From Candidatus Iainarchaeum sp. (GTDB taxonomy: Archaea; Iainarchaeota; Iainarchaeia; Iainarchaeales; UBA10191): 35,388 nt of DNA. Both the position numbers and the translations under genes were made by a program. Under the pieces are notes generated by a model. The model saw only the letters and a program-made list of their open reading frames with translations. It was not told where the DNA came from and made no database searches. Where the stretch lies: NCBI GenBank assembly GCA_043801115.1, contig JAZDMJ010000029.1, positions 1 through 35,388 on the forward strand. Reading direction: 5' to 3'. The first letter of the stretch is position 1. The number at the start of each line of letters is the position of its first letter. Of this stretch, positions 16,476 through 26,162 are shown piece after piece.

Positions 16476-17927
16476 ATGCCAGAATTCCGCTATTACAGCA
16501 CGAACAATCCGAGCGAGCAGGCGAATTTTGAAACCGCGCTCTTGAAAGGGATCGCCCCCGACTTTGGATTGTACACGCTTTCGCCGCAGGACATTCCCAA
16601 AATTTCCAAGCAACAATTGCGGGAAATGCGCTCGCAAAGCTTTGCCGAAATCTCGTTCGAAGTGCTTTCCCCTTTCACCCAAAACGAAATCCCCGAAGAC
16701 GAACTGCGCGCGCTCTTGGAAGACGCCTACAACGAGCGCATCATTCCGACAACGTTGCAAACCGTCAGCGAAAAAGAATCCATTTTGTGGCTCACGAAAG
16801 GCCCGACTTATTCGTTCAAAGACTATGCCGCGCGCTTTCTCGCCCGCACCTTGAACTATTTTTTGGGAGTGCGAGAGCTCAAAAGGACCGTTATCGTTGC
16901 CACGAGCGGAGACACGGGAGGAGCGGTGGCGGACGCCGTGCACGGGCTCGACAACATCGACAACGTCGTGTTTTTTCCGAAAGGCTCCATCAGCGAAGGA
17001 CAGCGAAGGCAAATGACTACTTTGAAGGGAAATGTATTCGCGTTCGAAGTCAACGGAGACTTCGACGTTTGCCAGGCCTTGGCCAAATCCTTAATCGGAG
17101 ACAAGATGTTCGCGGAAAGCGTTTTCGGGGACGCACAGCACTTGACTTCCGCCAACTCGATCAGCTTGGGAAGGTTATTGCCACAGGCCGTATATCCGTT
17201 TTTCGCGTTTTCTCGCCTTGCTTCCGAAAAACCTTTCGTGGCGAGCGTTCCTTCGGGAAACTTTGGAGGCATAATGGGAACAGTATTCGCGAAAGCCATG
17301 GGATTGCCCGTGCAAAAAATATTGTGCGGAGTGAACGAGAACAGGGAATTTCCAGACTTTCTTTCCACGGGAAAATACGAAGTAAGGCCTTCCATTTCTT
17401 GCCCATCTTCAGCCATGATTGTTTCCCATCCTGGAAACTTGGCCCGCCTCGTCGACTTCTACGGCGGCCACTTGTTCGACGAAAGAGATCCCGAAACGCG
17501 CAAAGTGAAACGAGAAGGCGTCATTTCGCGCATGCCCGACCTGGAACGCATGCGCAAGGACTTGTACTCTGTCAGTATTTCCAATCCCGAACACTTTCAA
17601 ACCATGAAAGAAGTGTTCGAACAACGCGGAATTATTTTGGACCCGCACGGAGCAGTCGGGTGGAAGACATTGCAATATTTCGCGCGAGACCATTCTTTTG
17701 ACCAGGCCATCGTGTACGAAACCGCCGACCCGGGAAAGTTTCCTGAAGACGTTCAAAAGGCGATTGGAATTACTCCCCCGCTCCCGCCCAAAATGCAAGC
17801 GCAAGCGGAGTCCGACGAGCGCATTTACTCCATTGAAAGCGCTCCTTTGCAGACGACGCAAGGGTTAAAGCTGAGCGACGCGCAAGTGGAAGAAGCCCAA
17901 CGCAAAATCCGGCAACTGTTCGCCTAA
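16476..17927 (+). CDS. thrC: Threonine synthase (long bacterial/fungal type)
   Basis: YYST, GPTYSFKD (PLP lysine), ATSGDTG, GDFDVCQ, SANSIS.GRL.PQ, VPSGNFG, DPHGAV, TADPGKF. Confidence 0.93.
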   Translation: MPEFRYYSTNNPSEQANFETALLKGIAPDFGLYTLSPQDIPKISKQQLREMRSQSFAEISFEVLSPFTQNEIPEDELRALLEDAYNERIIPTTLQTVSEKESILWLTKGPTYSFKDYAARFLARTLNYFLGVRELKRTVIVATSGDTGGAVADAVHGLDNIDNVVFFPKGSISEGQRRQMTTLKGNVFAFEVNGDFDVCQALAKSLIGDKMFAESVFGDAQHLTSANSISLGRLLPQAVYPFFAFSRLASEKPFVASVPSGNFGGIMGTVFAKAMGLPVQKILCGVNENREFPDFLSTGKYEVRPSISCPSSAMIVSHPGNLARLVDFYGGHLFDERDPETRKVKREGVISRMPDLERMRKDLYSVSISNPEHFQTMKEVFEQRGIILDPHGAVGWKTLQYFARDHSFDQAIVYETADPGKFPEDVQKAIGITPPLPPKMQAQAESDERIYSIESAPLQTTQGLKLSDAQVEEAQRKIRQLFA

Positions 17928-18475
17928 GCCTTTTTGTGGGCGGCAATGTATTCGTCCATTTGCTGCAAAAACTGAGCGGGCTGGATGGGATTGCACCCCA
18001 GCGCGCGCGTAATGGATTCAATGTTTGGAATATGGATTGACGAATCGTTGTTTTCGGTCAAAATTTCCACTTCCAGCATTTTGCCAAAATTTTCGACATT
18101 TTGAAGGCACACAATGTAATCAAATCCACTCAGCGGATACACGAATTCCCGCTTGTGCTTGATCCACGGCGGGTCGGGTTTGAAGTTCAGCGATTCCAGC
18201 AAAGAGTCGAACGCGTTCCACTCTTTCAAGGACGGCAGCGGAATAACTAGTTCTTTCCGGCAAACATGCGTGGGATCGCCTTCCTTGCAGACCAACTCGC
18301 AACGCTTGTCCGACCTGCGCAGTCGGACGTCAGAAGGACGGAAGCGCTTGGTGAAAATGGTTTCCTCGTTAAACATTTCCAGCTTTTTTGGAAGTTCGTT
18401 CCACAATTCGGCGAATTTTTCCTCGGACAACAGCGACTTGAGCTCGATTTCGAAAAACCATTTTCCCTCTTCCAT
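17924..18475 (-). CDS. CYTH-domain protein
   Basis: N-terminal EIELK (ExExK), VRLRR, KHKREF, LEVE. Confidence 0.8.
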   Translation of the reverse strand: MEEGKWFFEIELKSLLSEEKFAELWNELPKKLEMFNEETIFTKRFRPSDVRLRRSDKRCELVCKEGDPTHVCRKELVIPLPSLKEWNAFDSLLESLNFKPDPPWIKHKREFVYPLSGFDYIVCLQNVENFGKMLEVEILTENNDSSIHIPNIESITRALGCNPIQPAQFLQQMDEYIAAHKKA

Positions 18476-18526
18476 ATTCCCTCTCCAGGAGCGAATCTTT
18501 TAAACCCCGCCTGCTTATTCCAAAGC

Positions 18527-19075
18527 ATGGACTCCTGGTCGAAGAAAATCAAAGCGCTGCGGCAGGCGTTTGCCGAGCGCGAATTCTGGAAATTGAAAGA
18601 GCACAGCACGGAGTGGATTCAGGAAGCGGCCGCGTCGAACAATCCAACAATTGCAAAACTGGCCGTGCTCGCATATGCGAGTTATAAAATGCAGAGCAAG
18701 GCGCACATCGTGCAGAATCCGAAATGGAAGAACGCGCGTGCGGAGTTTTTGCAAGCAATGGACCGCGCAGAGCAATGGCTGCGGAGGAACAATTTGCAGA
18801 GCTTCCACCAGAGCCTTCAAAGCGCGGAGCAAGTGCTGATACAATTAGACCAGCAGATTGGAAATTATTCCCAAACAACTGTCAAAAAGGCCAAAATCAA
18901 GATGGCCTCGAACGCGTACGCGTTCGGAATGAGCATTGCCCAAAGTTCCGCGCTCACGGGAGCGGACTCGGACGACGTGCAAGCCTATATCGGCATTACG
19001 CGCATGCACGATGAAACTCCAATCTTTCGCGGAATCGCCGACCGCGTGCGCAAAATGGAAGAGGCCTTGAAATGA
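18527..19075 (+). CDS. Hypothetical helical protein with possible C-terminal HTH
   Basis: ATG 18527 with TTTTAAAC ~25 nt upstream. C-terminal GMSIAQSSALTG. ATGA overlap with the PIN gene. Confidence 0.7.
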   Translation: MDSWSKKIKALRQAFAEREFWKLKEHSTEWIQEAAASNNPTIAKLAVLAYASYKMQSKAHIVQNPKWKNARAEFLQAMDRAEQWLRRNNLQSFHQSLQSAEQVLIQLDQQIGNYSQTTVKKAKIKMASNAYAFGMSIAQSSALTGADSDDVQAYIGITRMHDETPIFRGIADRVRKMEEALK

Positions 19076-19746
19076 ATTCCATTGTGCTGGATTCGAGCAG
19101 CCTGATTTCCATTTCCAAAACCTGCCTCATCAATGTACTGCCCCGCCTCGCGGAAAAAGCGGGATTCGAGCTCGTCATTCCCTACCGCGTGGAAGAAGAA
19201 ACCGTCGAACGACCGCGCTCCATCAAACAATTCGAATTGAACGCGCTCCGCATCCAGCACTCCATCGAAAACGGCTGGCTGAAAGTGAAAAAGCTGGAAG
19301 CGGAGGGGAGAAAAAAGAGCGACGAATTCATTTCCCTGGCCAACGACTTGTTCTATACTGATTTGGGCGCGCTGTCCATCATCCAAGGAGGAGAAGCCGA
19401 AACCATCGGACTCGTCAAAGAGTCGGGCGCGAAACTGCTCGCGGTGGACGAGAGAAACACGCGCATGCTCGTCGAAGACATTGAAGGGTTGAAGAACTAT
19501 TTGCAGAAAAAGTACGGAAAAATTAGGATGAACGAAGACAACGCGGAAAAAATGAAGGAACTGGTTTCGGGAATCAATGTAATCCGTTCTTCCGAATTCA
19601 TTGCGTGGGGCTTCCGGCAGAAAATGTTCGAGCCCGACATCGCGAATTCGCTGCAGGGGCTGGAAGCGGCGCTGTATGCCGTCAAATATTCGGGCTGTTC
19701 GGTTAGCGAGCAGGAAATCCGCAATTTTTTGAAGGAAAGCCAATGA
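19072..19746 (+). CDS. PIN-domain protein (DUF3368-like)
   Basis: IVLDSSSLI, VEEE, GGEAETI, LAVDERNTR acidic motifs. Confidence 0.75.
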   Translation: MNSIVLDSSSLISISKTCLINVLPRLAEKAGFELVIPYRVEEETVERPRSIKQFELNALRIQHSIENGWLKVKKLEAEGRKKSDEFISLANDLFYTDLGALSIIQGGEAETIGLVKESGAKLLAVDERNTRMLVEDIEGLKNYLQKKYGKIRMNEDNAEKMKELVSGINVIRSSEFIAWGFRQKMFEPDIANSLQGLEAALYAVKYSGCSVSEQEIRNFLKESQ

Positions 19747-20168
19747 TTCGGCCCGCGAAAAAATCCGAATCGGAAGAATTGACGCGCATTATATTGCAAT
19801 ACTTTCCCTACACGAAAGCGACTGTTGAAAAAGTGGAAAAGCGATTGAAGAGTGAAAAGTTTTTGCTGTTCGTGGACAAGGCCGAAAAACTGCGCGGTTT
19901 TTTCGAGCTCGAGTTTTTGGAAAACGAGTGCCGGCTGAATGGCATCGCCGTCTATCCCGAATTCAGAAGGAAAGGAATCGGAAAAGCGCTGATGGAGCGC
20001 GCATTGGAAGAAGTGAGGAAGCGCAAGTGTTTGCGCATTTTCCTGCTCGTCCGGCCGGACAACAAGGAAGCGATTGAATTGTACGAACAATTCGATTTCA
20101 AAGAGAAAGGATTCTGGCCCAAATTGGTAGACGGAAAACAAGTGCTCGAAATGGAATTGAAGGTTTAG
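19743..20168 (+). CDS. GNAT (RimI-like) N-acetyltransferase
   Basis: IAVYPEFRRKGIGKALM; LLVRPDNKEAIELYEQFDF. Confidence 0.9.
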   Translation: MIRPAKKSESEELTRIILQYFPYTKATVEKVEKRLKSEKFLLFVDKAEKLRGFFELEFLENECRLNGIAVYPEFRRKGIGKALMERALEEVRKRKCLRIFLLVRPDNKEAIELYEQFDFKEKGFWPKLVDGKQVLEMELKV

Positions 20169-20578
20169 CGCTTGGTGGCCTGTTTTTTCAAAAACGGCAC
20201 GAGCGCGTCCAGATTCGGGTATTTGAGAAGAAAAGACGGAATGGAGTTCAAATTGCGGAAAACTATTTCCGCGCCCACTTTGCGCACCAATTTTTGAGCC
20301 CCGCCCGCGCCGACCCAATTGGCCAAAAACGAAATGTCTTTGGCAGAGTGTTTTTCCAAAAGCGGCCGAACGAACTCGGGCGAAAAGTCAATCATGAATT
20401 CGCCGGCCTTGAATGTTCCGAGCTCTTTTTCGACTTTGAGCATGAGCCGCGGGCCCAATCTCCTGCACCGTTGGATTGTTTTCGGCCCGTTGTGCGAAAT
20501 TTCCTCCAAAAATCGTTCAAATTCGGCATTTCGGGCGGAACGCCGACTCGGTTTTCTTATCCTGTCTTTGAGCGGCAT
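20165..20578 (-). CDS. Hypothetical protein
   Basis: 137-aa ORF filling the gap just downstream of proS on the same strand. Confidence 0.55.
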   Translation of the reverse strand: MPLKDRIRKPSRRSARNAEFERFLEEISHNGPKTIQRCRRLGPRLMLKVEKELGTFKAGEFMIDFSPEFVRPLLEKHSAKDISFLANWVGAGGAQKLVRKVGAEIVFRNLNSIPSFLLKYPNLDALVPFLKKQATKR

Positions 20579-20587
20579 ACTGTTTTC

Positions 20588-22066
20588 CTAGTATTGAAAC
20601 GCGATATATGTAACTTCCTTCGCGGGCTTTCCGCACACGACGCAATCCGAAAAGGGCTTTTCCTTCTTGTCGACCCGAGTCCCTCGAACGGTTGCTTGGA
20701 GTTCTTTTTCCACGCGCTCCGCGCACTTGGCCCCGTCCATTTCGTTCGAGCAGAAGGAAACGCGGGCAATGTGCCGCTTTGCAAGCACGGTTTTGACCTC
20801 TTCAAAGGTTTTCGCGTCGACGATGAAGTTTTTGAATTTCTTGTCCGCCCTGCTTTTCAAATTTTTCGAAATTTCTTCGGCGGACTTTTCGACGAACTTT
20901 TCGAGCGTGGAAATTTTGACGACTTTTTTTTCGTCCGTGTCCCGACGGAATGCAATAACCTGTTTTTTGGCCAATTCGCGCGGCCCGATTTCGAAGCGGA
21001 GAGGGACTCCTTTCATTTCCCAGTAGAAGAATTTTTCGCCCGGACGCTTGTCCGAGTCGTCAACAACAACGCGGTAGCCTTTCGACTGGAAGGATTGCTG
21101 CATGGATTTGACCGCTTTCAATATTTTCTCTTCGCCTTTTCCGACAAGAATTGGAACAATCACGATTTGCTGCGGGGCGATGCCGAAGGGAAAGACGAGC
21201 CCGCGGTTGTCCGAGTGGACGGATACGACGCCGGCGAAAATGCGCGAAATGCACGGGCCGTAGCACGTGAGAAAAGCGAGTTGTTCTTTTCCGTCCTTGT
21301 CCATGAATTTGACGTTGAAGGGTTTGGAAAAATTCTGGCCCAAATTGTGCGTGGAAGGCAATTGCAGGAATTTTCCGTCCGGCATGAACGCGTCGGCCGC
21401 ATACGTATCAACCGCTCCGGCAAACTTGTCCCATTGCGGGCGACGGAAGAAAATGAACGGAAGGCCCCACTTTTCGTACAGCGTTTCCTTTGTCGTTTCC
21501 ATGTCCTCGTGCACTTGCGCCATCGCGTCTTTTTCGGTTGGAAACGCGCAATGCGCTTCAATCCAGTGGAATTCGCGCGAACGCAAAAACGGGCGTGTGG
21601 CTTTGGTTTCGTATCTCCAAATATTCGCGCGCTGGTAGGTTTTGAACGGGAGATCCTTGTACGAGCGGATCCACAATGAAAACATTTGATAAAAGGCGGT
21701 TTCGGAAGTCGGGCGGAGCGCGAGCCTTTCTTCGAGCTTGTCTCCCGAACCCGCTTCGCTCACCCAGAATACCCCCGGAGCGAACCCTTCCACGTGCTCT
21801 TTTTCCAAATAAAAGTTTTTTTCGGGAATCACGGACGGATACCAGTAGGGCGAATGGCCTTTGGCCTGCAATATTTTTTCCAAGTCGGAATACATGGCTT
21901 CCATGCTCCAAACGCTCCACGGCTGAAATACGACAAAGCCTTTCACGTTGTAGCGCAAGTCGGCCAATTCCGCCCGCTTGACGATTTCGGAAAACCATTC
22001 GCTGAAGTTTTTTTCCTTGTCGAAAGAGAATGTTACTTTCTTTTGTTCGGACGGCTTTGCCTGCAT
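20588..22066 (-). CDS. proS: Proline--tRNA ligase, archaeal/eukaryotic type
   Basis: KEHVEGFAP, ALRPTSET, TRPFLRSREFHW.EAH, THNLGQNFSK, C-terminal Zn-binding CVVC...AFQY. Confidence 0.97.
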   Translation of the reverse strand: MQAKPSEQKKVTFSFDKEKNFSEWFSEIVKRAELADLRYNVKGFVVFQPWSVWSMEAMYSDLEKILQAKGHSPYWYPSVIPEKNFYLEKEHVEGFAPGVFWVSEAGSGDKLEERLALRPTSETAFYQMFSLWIRSYKDLPFKTYQRANIWRYETKATRPFLRSREFHWIEAHCAFPTEKDAMAQVHEDMETTKETLYEKWGLPFIFFRRPQWDKFAGAVDTYAADAFMPDGKFLQLPSTHNLGQNFSKPFNVKFMDKDGKEQLAFLTCYGPCISRIFAGVVSVHSDNRGLVFPFGIAPQQIVIVPILVGKGEEKILKAVKSMQQSFQSKGYRVVVDDSDKRPGEKFFYWEMKGVPLRFEIGPRELAKKQVIAFRRDTDEKKVVKISTLEKFVEKSAEEISKNLKSRADKKFKNFIVDAKTFEEVKTVLAKRHIARVSFCSNEMDGAKCAERVEKELQATVRGTRVDKKEKPFSDCVVCGKPAKEVTYIAFQY

Positions 22067-22121
22067 AGGCTTTATTGAAAAGCAAAGCCATTTAAAAGCC
22101 TAAAAGCCTCTCTTTGAATAT

Positions 22122-23972
22122 ATGCAGTTTTCCGCATTGTCCGACCATTTTGAACGCTTGGAACGGGTATCCGGCCGGCTGGAAATGACCACGATTCTGG
22201 CGGAACTGCTTTCGAAAACGCCCGCCAAGGAAATCCAAGAAGCCATCTATTTGCTCCAGAGCCAGCTCGCCCCCTCTTACAAGCAAGTCGAAATCGGAAT
22301 GGGCGAAAAATTCGTCATGGAAGCCATTGCCAAAACTTCCGGCTATTCTCGCCCGGAAGTCGAAAAAAAGTACAAAGAGCTCGGCGACTTGGGAAATGTT
22401 GCGGAAGAACTGCTCAAAAAGAAAAAGCAGAAAGCGCTGTTTTCGGAAGCGCTGAGCCTGCACAAAGTGTACTCGAATTTGTACAAAATCGCCACCGCCA
22501 GCGGAACGGGAAGTCAAGACTCGAAAATCGGCCTGCTCGCCGAACTCTTGAACTCCGCTTCCCCTTTGGAAGCGCGCTACATTACGCGCTTTCCCATTGG
22601 AAACATGAGACTGGGAGTGGGCGATCCGACTTTGATGGACGCGCTCGCGGACGAGTTCGTTCAAGAATACTTGAAAGACAAAAAATTCCGCGAAGAAGTC
22701 GAAGAAAACGTTCTCGCGAAGAAGGAGAAAGAGCGCGAAGAAGAGTTGTACAAAAAAGCGCGCGGAAAAATCCGAGAACAAATCGAAGCCAAGTACAATA
22801 TTCACCCGGATTTGGGAAAAATCGCGGAACTGCTCAAAGAAAAAGGGTTGAAAGGATTGGAAGAACTGGAAATCGAGCCCGGCATTCCCATCCGGCCCAC
22901 CTTGGCCGAAAGACTGAATTCGGCGGAAGAAATCATCGAAAAACTGGGCAAGTGCGCGGTCGAGTCCAAGTACGACGGCTTCCGCCTCGCGATTCACAAA
23001 AAGGGAAACGAAGTTTGGATTTTTTCGCGCCGCTCGGAAAATGTCACTGAAATGTTTCCAGACATTGCGGAAGCGGTGCGAAAACAAATCAAGGCCAAAA
23101 CGGCCAATTTTGAAGGAGAAGCCCTCGCCGTCAAGGAAGAGACGGGACAATTCTAACCCTTTCAAATCACGATGCAGCGCAAGCGCAAGTACGATGTTCA
23201 AGAAAAAGCCGAAGAATTTCCCCTCAAACTGTTCTGCTTCGACGTTTTGTACATTGACGGAAAAAGCGCGATGGAGCTTCCCTTTCACGAGCGGCGGAAA
23301 AAGCTGGCGGAATTGATTTCCAAAGGGGAAACCATCGCGCTCACGAAAGGCATTGAAACGGACAATGCAAAAGAACTGGAATCCTTTTTCCAAAAAAACG
23401 TCGAAGACGGTTTGGAGGGAATCATTGCCAAGGATTTGGACGCGCCCTACATTGCGGGCGCGAGAAAATTCGCGTGGATCAAGTTGAAGCGCTCGTACAA
23501 GGGAGAATTGCAGGATTCCGTCGACGCCGTCATTGTCGGATTCTACAAGGGAAGGGGAAAACGAACCGAGTTCGGACTGGGTGGACTTCTGACAGCAGTG
23601 TACGACGAGCAAAAGGACGAGTTCAAGACGATTTGCAAAATCGGAACGGGGCTTTCGGAAGAACAATTGGAAGACTTTGAAAAAATGCTCAGCAAAATTG
23701 CGCGCAAGGGAAAGCCCGCGCGCTTGGATTCGAAACTCACTCCGGATATTTGGTGCGAGCCAAAATACGTCATCGAAGTGAGGGCGGACGAAATCACGCG
23801 CTCTCCCATTCATACGTGTGGATGGAGAGAGGGAGCGGGGCTCGCGCTCCGCTTTCCGCGCCTCATTTCCGTGCGCAGCGACAAAAAAGCGGAAGAATGC
23901 ACTTCCGTCAAAGAAATCGAGGAAATGTTTAAAGCGCAGAAAAGCGTCCAAGTAGGAGAAGGCGAAGGATGA
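22122..23972 (+). CDS. lig: ATP-dependent DNA ligase, interrupted by one in-frame TAA at 23154-23156
   Basis: ESKYDGFR (motif I) and EGE(A) (III), then GQF*PFQITMQRKRK, FDVLY (IIIa), EGIIAK (IV), WIKLK (V), LRFPR...R.DK (VI). Both ORFs are in the same frame. Confidence 0.93.
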
Positions 23973-24268
23973 TGTTTTCACGCATTCGAAAAGCGTTCAA
24001 AGAGACAGTTCGACCGCTTCAAAATCAGCATGGAAGAATCGGCGCCGAACCGCCACTGCATCCGGAACTGGCCAAAAAATGGGAAGCTCTTGAAACGAGA
24101 GAATTTTTGGCGCATGCGAGAAAGGGAAAACTAATCAAGCCGGAAAAAATTCTCAAAATATTGAACTTGGAACATCATTCGAAAAAGTTTCCTCTAACGC
24201 ATTTCGAAATCAGGAGAAAAATTTCGGAAATCATCGAACGAAACGAGCCATACGAGTGGGAAGGGTAG
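23969..24268 (+). CDS. Hypothetical protein
   Basis: 99-aa ORF with ATGA overlap to lig. Confidence 0.55.
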   Translation: MMFSRIRKAFKETVRPLQNQHGRIGAEPPLHPELAKKWEALETREFLAHARKGKLIKPEKILKILNLEHHSKKFPLTHFEIRRKISEIIERNEPYEWEG

Positions 24269-24272
24269 TAGC

Positions 24273-24530
24273 ATGCGACAGCGCATCCAATACCATTCCA
24301 AAAAATTCCCCTCCTGGGTTCGAGTGATTATCTATTTGGCCGCATTCGTGCTCGTCCAAGTGTTTTCCATGGCCTTGGCCTACCAGTTCAACCCCTACTG
24401 GAGGACGGTTTGGTTTACGGGAGACTACGTTTCCATGATTATTATTTTGGCCTTTACTTTCATTGTCGGAAAAGTATTGGAAGTGCTGTTGAACATTTTC
24501 TACATCCTGCAGTTCGAGCGGAGGGGTTGA
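24273..24530 (+). CDS. Small two-TM membrane protein
   Basis: Two hydrophobic segments; tight operon spacing. Confidence 0.65.
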   Translation: MRQRIQYHSKKFPSWVRVIIYLAAFVLVQVFSMALAYQFNPYWRTVWFTGDYVSMIIILAFTFIVGKVLEVLLNIFYILQFERRG

Positions 24531-24531
24531 A

Positions 24532-25530
24532 TTGGAATTTTCCCCCTTCAGACTGCTCATCATCGCGATTTTCACGATCGCGCTGTTGTATGCCTTGGCC
24601 GCGTACATTCTTCCCTCTTTGTTTCAAGCCGACGTGACGAAAACCATTGCCGAAATCGTTCCAATTGCCGAAACGCAAAACGGGACAAGCGTGGAACGGG
24701 AAAACATTGCCGCGAACGCGGGAACATTCATTCCCGCGCGCTCGTTCGAAAAAACAGGACGCGTCATCACTTTCGAATGTTTATCTTCCACACTATGCTG
24801 CGGCCCCGCCGAAATAAGCTGTTCAAAGCCGTTGAAAGTCGCGCTGAAAGAGTTGACAATCGTCAAAAGCACGCAAATTGATTTGAGCGCGCGCTGTTTC
24901 CTGCAGGAAAACATTTACACGTGCAAAGTGTTTTTCGGAGGCACTCCCGCGCAAGTAGAATTTTCGAACGTTCGCGCACCGCAAGAAATGCAGTTGGACC
25001 AAAACAATGTCTTGCAATTCTCCGTCGACATCGAAAACGCGGGCGGAACGGATTTGGCGGACGAATTGCAAGTAAAGCCGCAAGTGTGGAAGACGATTTC
25101 GAACGCGGGAATCGGAACGGAAGAGTTTTTGGCGAACGTGGAATCTCAAAACATTTCCCCCCTCCGCATGGGACAAAAGAAAACAGTTTCCTTCGCCTAC
25201 AAAGTGCCTTCCATGGGAGACTATCACGTGAAAATTTCCGCGTCTTCCGAACTGGCGGGAAAAACGTTCGCGGAATTCCGCGTGCACACGTTCGGCAATC
25301 CCGCCAACGAGTGCATCGCCTCTTCGAAAGAAAGCCCGTTCATTTTCTCCAACCTTGACCCGCGCTTCCAATACTTGTACGGCCAGTGCGTAGCGAAGGC
25401 AAACTGCACGAACTGCACGCTCATTTCGACGGACTGCGTGGACGCGTGGGAAGCGAAAGAGCCCGGAACATACTGGGGAGTCGTTCCCGAATACGCGTAC
25501 GAAATCCTTCCGCCGAGTTTGTGTCCGTGA
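24532..25530 (+). CDS. Membrane-anchored extracellular protein with Cys clusters and CARDB/Ig-like domain
   Basis: N-terminal TM; FSVDIENAGG...LRMGQKKTVSF Ig-like pattern; Cys clusters on both sides. TTG start. Confidence 0.7.
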   Translation: MEFSPFRLLIIAIFTIALLYALAAYILPSLFQADVTKTIAEIVPIAETQNGTSVERENIAANAGTFIPARSFEKTGRVITFECLSSTLCCGPAEISCSKPLKVALKELTIVKSTQIDLSARCFLQENIYTCKVFFGGTPAQVEFSNVRAPQEMQLDQNNVLQFSVDIENAGGTDLADELQVKPQVWKTISNAGIGTEEFLANVESQNISPLRMGQKKTVSFAYKVPSMGDYHVKISASSELAGKTFAEFRVHTFGNPANECIASSKESPFIFSNLDPRFQYLYGQCVAKANCTNCTLISTDCVDAWEAKEPGTYWGVVPEYAYEILPPSLCP

Positions 25531-25959
25531 CTATTTCAACGGATTGACTGCGCGAATTTGCTTCGCGCCGCGCAGTTCTTCCGCCCCTTCGCCGAAAAAC
25601 AATTCCACATGATGTTCTTCGCACACGGCAAGGGAGAGCGCACAGGAATAGGGAATTTCGAATTTTTCCATCACTTCCAGCGCGCGTGCCACGGTGGTTG
25701 GAGAGATAGGGAGTATTTGAAAAGCATCCGAAATTTCCAGAATAATTTCGCGCGTTTGCGAAGCGGAGAGCGGAGAACGAACATTTTCCGTCAAAATTTC
25801 GGAAAGTTCGAGCAGGGAATGGACAGAAACGAAGTTGTTTCCGCTCTCTTTTCTTTCCAATAAAAATTGCAGCGCCTTTTCGCGTTTTTCCTTTTCTGAA
25901 ACGTCCAAAGCAGCGAGAAAAATGCCCGCATCAACGAGCGCACCCTTCTCCGACTTCAT
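25531..25959 (-). CDS. VapC-like PIN-domain protein
   Basis: LVDAGIFLAA, VSVHSLLEL, VARALEV. Translationally coupled to the upstream antitoxin. Confidence 0.8.
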   Translation of the reverse strand: MKSEKGALVDAGIFLAALDVSEKEKREKALQFLLERKESGNNFVSVHSLLELSEILTENVRSPLSASQTREIILEISDAFQILPISPTTVARALEVMEKFEIPYSCALSLAVCEEHHVELFFGEGAEELRGAKQIRAVNPLK

Positions 25960-26162
25960 TTCAAACCGCCCAAATAGGTTCCCTTTTCAATCCTGTCCAA
26001 CAATTTCTCCCATGCGCGCTTCTTGTTCCCTTCTTCCGCCTTTTCCAGCGCTTCCCGCACGACTTTGGCCATCGAGCCCTTTTTTCCCCCGAAACGCTCC
26101 CTCGCCAGTGCTCTCAGTTTTTGCTCTGAAGCCCCGTCCAACGCAATCGTTACATTGCCCAT
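25956..26162 (-). CDS. Ribbon-helix-helix antitoxin (VapB-like)
   Basis: MGNVTIALDGASEQKLRALARERFGGKKGSMAKVVREAL, 68 aa from ATG 26162; overlaps the PIN gene start. Confidence 0.8.
   Translation of the reverse strand: MGNVTIALDGASEQKLRALARERFGGKKGSMAKVVREALEKAEEGNKKRAWEKLLDRIEKGTYLGGLK

Noticed and set aside
2203-23156. Genome-wide TAA reassignment
   Set aside because: TAA terminates complete genes (thrC, gatD, idi, dus, NYN) at their expected ends, and only two internal cases were seen.
22092-23981. 629-aa antisense ORF over lig, and similar long antisense ORFs (9338-10360, 20294-21679, most of 30971-31855)
   Set aside because: These are shadow frames of real genes. Scarce TTA/CTA/TCA codons on the coding strand remove antisense stops, and the translations are F-rich with no motifs.
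24520-24600. Possible class III (pilin) signal formed by the upstream ...RRG and EFSPFRLL...
   Set aside because: RRG belongs to the previous gene in another frame and is followed by a stop. No in-frame basic leader exists.
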